Assembly: GCF_000981445.1 (NCBI RefSeq)
Contig: NC_027218.1
Span: 806,001-870,000, forward strand
Direction of reading: 5' to 3'
Length of the DNA stretch: 64,000 nucleotides
DNA from: Babesia bigemina
Lineage: Eukaryota
Shown here in pieces: positions 57,817 through 64,000 of the stretch. The first letter of the stretch is position 1. Each line of letters begins with the position of its first letter. Under the pieces are notes generated by a model that saw only the letters and a list, made by a program, of their open reading frames with translations, did no database searches and had not been told where the DNA came from. Position numbers and translations under genes: made by a program.

Positions 57817-58722
57817 ATGTTCATGGGTTCATCGAGCTTCATTTCAATGGGTAAGGCCCTCAAGAAGAAGACTCCAAGTACGAATGCGGATGCTCGACGA
57901 TTAATGTTTGTGGATTCCTCAATCAAAGCTGAGTTTGTGGAAATCGTACAGCTTCCCAATCCAACTAACCTCTTAGATGGCGCTTTATATGCTGTATTAG
58001 ATGGGACGATTTATCTGATTCGCGGAATACTTCCTAATGTCCATCCTGTGAGCTTGTTTGTGGATAACACGATTTTGAATCAGTCGTTTCTGGCGACATT
58101 TAGGTTTGACGTCATTTTTATTTTCACATCCATTCTGTTCTTGGCGCCAGATAAGTTCATGTCTATGCCACAGCGTATATACGAGTTGTATCGATCCGGC
58201 CTCAATGAGTCCCAAGGGCACGGCGCATTGGAGGCAGGCGCCTTTGCACTCTGGAACAATAATGTGGACAAAATTCAAGAGCGCATACGGTATCTGTGCG
58301 ATATTGCCAACCCGGGTGAAGCTAAGGACGTAGTCATTAAGCCTAATGTGTCTAAATTCCAGGCTATGCTGGAATACAAGGTACAATCTCTGGAGAAGGC
58401 TGTTCGAAGCTCAAACATAATTATGGGATCGTATTGCCAATCAAAAGAGACATCTAACAGTGAACATGTACGCAAGCATTACATCACTGTTCAAGATGGA
58501 AAATTGCGGTCGTTTGCTTGGTCGTTAATATCGTCCATGCTGAATGCTGAGGCACGAAACCGTCTCGTACCGTCGAACGGGTCGATGATAGACCATCAGG
58601 CAATAGACGATGTCAATCTGTCGAGAAAACCTGTCATAACATCGAGTAAGAGGCCGAAGCAGCGCAAGATAGCGGTAGCCAGTGGCACCGCCTCTATCAC
58701 TTCATTTTTCAAGCCTGTATAA
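57817..58722 (+). CDS. RNASEH2B: Ribonuclease H2 subunit B
   Basis: VQLPNP...YAVLDGTIYLI...SLFVDNTI...TFRFDVIFI (Ydr279-like N-terminus) and a C-terminal PIP box GTASITSFFK. The start may instead be 57847. Confidence 0.75.
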   Translation: MFMGSSSFISMGKALKKKTPSTNADARRLMFVDSSIKAEFVEIVQLPNPTNLLDGALYAVLDGTIYLIRGILPNVHPVSLFVDNTILNQSFLATFRFDVIFIFTSILFLAPDKFMSMPQRIYELYRSGLNESQGHGALEAGAFALWNNNVDKIQERIRYLCDIANPGEAKDVVIKPNVSKFQAMLEYKVQSLEKAVRSSNIIMGSYCQSKETSNSEHVRKHYITVQDGKLRSFAWSLISSMLNAEARNRLVPSNGSMIDHQAIDDVNLSRKPVITSSKRPKQRKIAVASGTASITSFFKPV

Positions 58723-58873
58723 AACTTCCGTTTTTAAACATTCAGCCTGGATAGATGTAGTTACATGCTTGAGGCAACATAGAACCGTGTTACTTAGAAA
58801 CTTAAATGGCCCACTTTCTAATTTGTCTACTGTGCCGTGAGTGGTTACGTGTGGCATTAGTCCGTGTTAGAGT

Positions 58874-60060
58874 TTACTCTAGGCTGCGCTTCGCAATCCA
58901 TCGGTATGATCTGAGGGTTCCACGACACGTGGCAACTTGGTTGCCAGGTGTTACACGTTCTTGGCGTTGTTGAATGTTGTGCATTTCTTCGACGAAATCA
59001 TCCACTGCAGATTCCTGTCCTGAAGCTCTGCTGCCTTCGCATTGTCTTCCAGAATGAGTATTCCACACGTTAGGTACAATGACGACACCTCGATGTCCAG
59101 CTTGGGGTCCTCACGCTTGGCATACAGAACCTTATGAGTTGATTTTACGTGCTTTCTGTTGTATAGCCATTTGTTTTGGGCCAACCTGAGGTCCCTGACG
59201 CTCTTGTACGTCGTGTACTCCACTCCGAATTCCATTCCATATCTTCCTTCCAAGTGCATCTTGATGTGAGATATGTACGCGTATGTGTCGCGAAAATGCT
59301 GCATGATCGCAGCTCTCCTGGTTGACGTCACCTCGTCTGCTGAAAACGTCAACCACAGTCGTAGCAGCATGGCTTCCGCTCTGAATACCATGCTGTGGAG
59401 CTCTCTCCCCATCTCTTTCCGGGGGAGGTAGAGCCGCTGTGTGTTCGCCCACTTCTTGTGTCCGGACTTCTTGGTTATTATTCTCCGTACTGCCAGGTCA
59501 ATCTTGTCGAAGTGCGTGGTCTACGTGGAGATTACGCCGATGTAGTAGTTAGTGACGCTGATGGCGTACTGGTTGATAGCCATCGAGAGGTTTTTCCCCG
59601 ACAGCTTTGACGCAGCCAGTAGCTCCGTTCTTCTGCAGTTTTCACCATGCTGCCAAACGTATCATTGCTTGTCCCTGAGATTGCATAGTTTGTGTGCCTG
59701 GTAGTCGTCGAAGGCGATTATTTTGAAAGCGTCAACACAGAACAAGTATGAGATGTAGATGCATAATGAGTTGTGGCGGTGACCTTGTGGATGCCGTTTC
59801 TATAATTAAGGCTAGTTGGCGTGAAATGTCGGATTACGAAATAAATGGGCGGTGTCTTCAGTGTCATTTGTGATTCGTAAAAACCGAGTCAGTTAGGATT
59901 GTAGCGATGACTAACAAAAGTAGGGTGGAGTAGCACTGACCCAATGAGGTATGGGTGCAAGTTAATCAAGGTATGGATAGGCAAAGTTATTGTTGTTTTT
60001 GCATAAGCTTGCAAGGCGTTTCGTCTCAAACGCTTACGTCAACCAGATGACATGGGGGTG
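58874..60060 (-). mobile_element. Decayed non-LTR retrotransposon (R2/R4-group-like: RT, thumb, CCHC knuckle), pseudogenised
   Basis: Ordered remnants on the minus strand: W(V)DV.AFET (~60022-60045), PPIYFVI, SYLFCVDAFKIIA (59713-59754), LSGKNLSMAINQYAISVTNYYIG (59536-59604), frameshift, RLYLPRKEMGREL (59398-59436), QDRNLQW..KCTTFNNAKNV*HLATK (58936-59022). Confidence 0.8.
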
Positions 60061-60273
60061 TGGAGAGACGAGGACCAAAAGTCAAAGGGGTAAAAGCGAA
60101 GTTGAAAATTAATACTCACCACAATTATCCTAAGCTAAGCCATGAGAGTGAATGCGATGGTCGTTAATGTTTTTAAATTGAATGTCTCATCGCTACAGAA
60201 GCGCTTTGTGGGCTGCATAAGGCTACGAGACAACACTGATCGTGGCAACGAATAGTTAGGTGGTGATGTTGAA

Positions 60274-60422
60274 AGCACGGAAGGGCTCATGCTTTGAGGC
60301 GAATGTGGTACCCATCCCTTGCTTATTGGCGGAAGGCCACCAAGGAATCTGGTGAGCTAGGTTCCAGAGCACGGAAGGGTTCACATATTTGGGCGAATAC
60401 AGCACCAATCCCTTGCTTATTG
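60274..60422 (+). repeat. Imperfect direct duplication, 94-bp period
   Basis: agcacggaaggg...ggcgaat...atcccttgcttattg occurs at 60274-60328 and again at 60368-60422. Confidence 0.75.
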
Positions 60423-61493
60423 ATCAAACAGCGGACGCAAAGAACCAAGAATATGAGGAGTGGGAGACCAATAAATACGCCAAGAGGGGCTGCCCAGTTA
60501 ACCGTCATCTTCCTTACAAATCAGTTCAAAACTCTAAGAATTAACGAACCACCTACCTTACGTATCGCATCGCCACTTCAAGTGTTGATATATAAGTGTC
60601 TTATAACCCGTTCATGCGAACGTGACGGTCATTACGCTTATCTTACATACCATGATGATCCAATAGCACCGCATGCATCGGAGAGACATGGTGATGATGC
60701 GGCGCGAATAAGATGCAGATCGAATCCACGACATTCAACAGCGCAAGGTTACTGCCACTCATCACACTCCACTATTCTCACCCTTCCACAACCGTTGAAC
60801 GTCTACTTTGTGCCATACCACTGGTGCAGTTGTGGGCGCATAACTGAGCTATACAGCGATATTAAGATATCAGTATTTACCAGAATGTCACATCCGCGTG
60901 CCAAGTAACTAATCTGTCATGTGGTAATAACTTCGGGCAATATACCGGTCCGTCTCATCAGTGGGCCCATTAGCATTTTTATCCACATGTTCCGGGGACT
61001 CATGATATCGCACACATACTATCCATTCACCTGAGACATAAGTCACTGTATATGCTTCCTCTCAACCAATACACAGTAATGGGAAACTCGAAACGTGTGA
61101 CACATTATACGGCGATTTCGTTAGGTGAAAGGCTGAGCTGGCGGTGGCAACATCAAGGCAGCAATGATCATCGTGGTGGTGAGTGACAAACGTTGCCATG
61201 AGGGTGACTGGTGAATGCACGATATCCTGCGAGAAAGGATGAGGAGCGTATCGATGCCGCCGAGAACTACGTACAACAGGTCACCGTGGTTAATCCTGTT
61301 CAGCTTGCAAATGCTTACCTAATGCCATATGTCGATGTAATTTGTGAACGTCTCAAGGGCAACTACAGTGTACAATTATGAAACATTTAATAATACGACA
61401 TTGGATACGCAGTGTACTGTTTGTTCACATTACTGTTAGCTGAGTGCGATAATTAAAATTTCCAAGTTGTTTAAAGAGTGCGACACAGAAGGT

Positions 61494-61946
61494 TCATTTG
61501 CAATTTAAAATATCGCAGACCTTGTGGAACGGGCGGATGCGAAAGACGATCATGACACATATAAGGAGGATGAAGATGATAATGACGATGACGGGAGCGA
61601 TGACGGTGCTGGAAGGGCTCCCACCGGGGGTGGCGAAAACACTGGAGGGATGCTCACTACCGGTGTAAGAGGCGATATAAGTGGAAGATGAGGTAGGGCG
61701 TGATGTTCTACTTTTACAACATGGACATTCACAGGTGGGCTTGGTACACTCACTGCATTTTTTCGTACATCCTGGTGGTTTGCATTCGTCCTTTGATGGG
61801 CCCGTTTTGCGCTGATGATAGAAGTTTTGACAGTGTGAGCATCCGTAACCCTGACATTTTTCACAACACCAGAAACAGCAATTACACAGCTTGAGCGATA
61901 GACATCCATTATGACACAACGGACATGGCACCCCTCCATAAACCAT
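61494..61946 (-). CDS. Small Cys-rich single-TM protein, ves-linked family, copy B (150 aa)
   Basis: 19 Cys in the first 77 aa (CNCCFWCCEKC...CECPCCK), Ser/Thr/Pro linker, TM VIAPVIVIIIFILLICVMIVF, tail RIRPFHKVCD. Confidence 0.75.
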   Translation of the reverse strand: MVYGGVPCPLCHNGCLSLKLCNCCFWCCEKCQGYGCSHCQNFYHQRKTGPSKDECKPPGCTKKCSECTKPTCECPCCKSRTSRPTSSSTYIASYTGSEHPSSVFATPGGSPSSTVIAPVIVIIIFILLICVMIVFRIRPFHKVCDILNCK

Positions 61947-62701
61947 GTTCCCTCTTCTACTTCGTCATCAACATGCAAAACCATGAAGCACGTGCCTCAG
62001 CTTAGGAAACTCTTTCCATCAACCTGCAAACCATGAAAAACGTACCTCAGCCCCGGACACTGACTGTCTCTTATAGGCGCTCCACGTGCTACCTGGTAAC
62101 CGCTACCTATAGCATCGCCTATTCCATCACAGCTGAAGTAGTACCCAGTTATAGCATGTGGACGGTATCGCACCAGTGGCATGCAGGTCAACCGGTACCA
62201 GTTGAGCAGTCAAGACCACCCGTCACTGTCCAAATTGCGAACGCCGATTCTGAATGGCATCACAGTTGTGACATAATAAAATCATATGTAAGCTATATCG
62301 CTCGATTAATACGTTTCTCATTTACACTGCTACCACCAAGGCCACCGAACTCCGCCGTCCACTGGCCATCACGTCAGATTGCCCCGGCACATCCATTGCC
62401 CAGCAACGAACATTGCTAACATTGCAACCGGTATCCCAACCACCTTATAGTAATTCACGTAGCACGGTACTGTCCCTGCTGCAGCGTTGGTGACAAATCA
62501 CCTAGCTTCACGGTGCGATGACGCAGACGCCTCTCACAAGTGACGCAAACCTCAACGTCCCAAACCACGAACCTATCGATGCATGATCTACATTAACTGC
62601 CATATTGCTGAGTATACATTAGGTAATATATTTGGGGGAGTATTAGGTTAGGCGGTGGGTTGCTAGGTAGTGGGTTAGGTGAGTGGTGGTGAGGTGGTCT
62701 A
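61947..62701 (-). repeat. Conserved ves-downstream spacer, copy B (inverted homolog of 54016-54747)
   Basis: Same conserved blocks as copy A, in the same order relative to the ves stop and the Cys-rich ORF. Confidence 0.9.
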
Positions 62702-64000
62702 TCAAGGTTGCAGGTACAGCACTTTGTTGAGTGCTTTAACACGTGCAGCGGCGAGTAGTGATTGCGCGGCGATACGATGTGATGAGGGAGAGTGCAAATG
62801 CGATTTGATGTGGAGCAGGTCGAGGCGGATGACCATGATGTGGATGAGGTACAAGAGAGAGAGGAGCCACAGGGCGAGGAGAAGGTAGGAGAAGGGTTGT
62901 CTTATTTCCCATAAAAACTTATCGCACTCGTCAAATAGTTTGCTGAAATATTCGGAGTGTAGTACATTACTCAGTTGGGTACGGAAGTCGAAGCACGTTT
63001 TTTTCTTAGAGTTCAACTCTTCTGCATCATCATACGTTAGTCCGTATCTATACAGCGTAGGCAATACACCTTTGCAGCTTACTATTGAAGGGCATTGGCA
63101 ACCAAATCCGATTGACGAGGGGTTAAGGAAACCATGCTGACCACGCTTACAGTTATTGCTGTTTAGGCATACACGGCACCCCCAGTCCCGGCAAAATATG
63201 TCTTGAAAATCCTTGAGCAGTGATTCAAGATAGCAATGGAATTGCCATGGTAGGTAGACAGCCCATGATAGGTAGAGGTCGGAATGCTTGGGGGCATGAT
63301 GCCTGTAGTAGTCCGTATAAAGTGAGAATAGGTAAGGTGCGCTGCTAAGATTGTTGTGCATACATATACCCCGCGTAGAAAGGTGCATAAGGTGATGGTA
63401 GACGCATTTAGAATGTTGCACCGTGTCTGCACTACCGTATGCATCGCTAAATGCATCAGTAAACGCGGATGTATTGCCATATAATTTCATGGACAGTTTC
63501 TTAATGGATGTTTCGAAATTTGTTTTGATAACGTTTGTATTTGCCTTATTACTACCATGGAATTTATTAACTAATGATGATACAAAACCAAAGTGTTCAG
63601 GCAACGTAGTAGGAGGTCTTGGAACAAGGCAGAAAAGAGAGGTTATATCCACATTGACGAAGAATTCACCTATAATTCCACTCAGATCCGAACCGGTACG
63701 CGCGCTACCTGAGAACTCCCTGAAGCCAAGGGGAGTGAGACACGGCATCCCATTCTGTGATGTGGGACACGTAAAACATTTGGGCTGACATCCAATGGAG
63801 CGCAGTTGATGAGGCAAATAACCGAGCAAACAGTCACTTAGATAGGACATGAGCGGTGACTGAGATTGGCAATCAAATTTGTCCGTTGAATGGTCGTTGC
63901 ATTGCCAGTTACAGGGTTGGGCACTTTTACCGTATTGACAATCGGCCCAACCGTAATGTACAGCGCTGATTTTACATTGGGTGTGCAAGAATCTGAGGAC
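62702..64000 (-). CDS. ves1: VESA1-family gene, 3' portion (runs off the window end)
   Basis: The frame is open to base 64000. GWADCQYG, SPLMSYLSD, CLTPLGF, YLSWAVYLP, CPSIVSCKGVLPTLYRYG, then TM plus IRLDLLHIKSHLHSPSSHRIAAQSLLAAARV..YLQP. Confidence 0.92.
   Translation of the reverse strand, partial: VLRFLHTQCKISAVHYGWADCQYGKSAQPCNWQCNDHSTDKFDCQSQSPLMSYLSDCLLGYLPHQLRSIGCQPKCFTCPTSQNGMPCLTPLGFREFSGSARTGSDLSGIIGEFFVNVDITSLFCLVPRPPTTLPEHFGFVSSLVNKFHGSNKANTNVIKTNFETSIKKLSMKLYGNTSAFTDAFSDAYGSADTVQHSKCVYHHLMHLSTRGICMHNNLSSAPYLFSLYTDYYRHHAPKHSDLYLSWAVYLPWQFHCYLESLLKDFQDIFCRDWGCRVCLNSNNCKRGQHGFLNPSSIGFGCQCPSIVSCKGVLPTLYRYGLTYDDAEELNSKKKTCFDFRTQLSNVLHSEYFSKLFDECDKFLWEIRQPFSYLLLALWLLSLLYLIHIMVIRLDLLHIKSHLHSPSSHRIAAQSLLAAARVKALNKVLYLQP

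Noticed and set aside
58730..58880. Poly(A) tail or target-site duplication for the retroelement
   Set aside because: None visible, so the element boundaries are approximate.
58951..59412. 153-aa ORF as an ordinary hypothetical gene
   Set aside because: It starts in the middle of the RLYLPRKEMGREL thumb motif and ends inside the zinc knuckle, so it is a fragment of the retroelement pseudogene.
60294..61380. 204-aa ORF at 60294-60908 and a coding-like stretch near 61240-61380
   Set aside because: Non-ATG start, atypical composition and no motif; a link to the retroelement N-terminus is too speculative.
1..64000. CRISPR arrays, tRNA/rRNA genes, prokaryotic operon or defence systems, true telomeric arrays
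   Set aside because: The sequence is eukaryotic and intron-containing. I saw no regularly spaced repeat-spacer array, tRNA cloverleaf, rRNA or perfect CCCT(A/G)AA array.

Overview
Eukaryotic (apicomplexan) DNA from Babesia sensu stricto, most like the B. bigemina/B. ovata group. The evidence is short GT-AG introns, VESA1/ves-family genes and apicomplexan-type mitochondrial proteins. Layout: the 3' end of a short ves-like gene (1-332), then a dense, mostly GC-rich housekeeping block (about 1.5-46 kb) containing TECR, MZT1, Y14/RBM8A, SPT6, METTL3, centrin, IST1, an MCTP-like protein, a helical-repeat mitochondrial protein, an ATPTG6-like subunit, eL28, a cyclin, eL33, VDAC, CobW/ZNG1, BOP1/ERB1 and coiled-coil proteins. 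An AT-richer variant-antigen region (47.6-64 kb) follows. There, two convergent ves1-type genes are each followed, across a conserved ~740-bp spacer, by a small Cys-rich single-TM ORF, so the two copies form an inverted cassette pair. The pair brackets clathrin light chain, RNase H2B and a decayed non-LTR retrotransposon (RT motifs, thumb RLYLPRKEMGREL, CCHC knuckle), which is unexpected in a piroplasm. All family assignments come from motif recognition by eye; no database searches were run. Exon boundaries were inferred manually.
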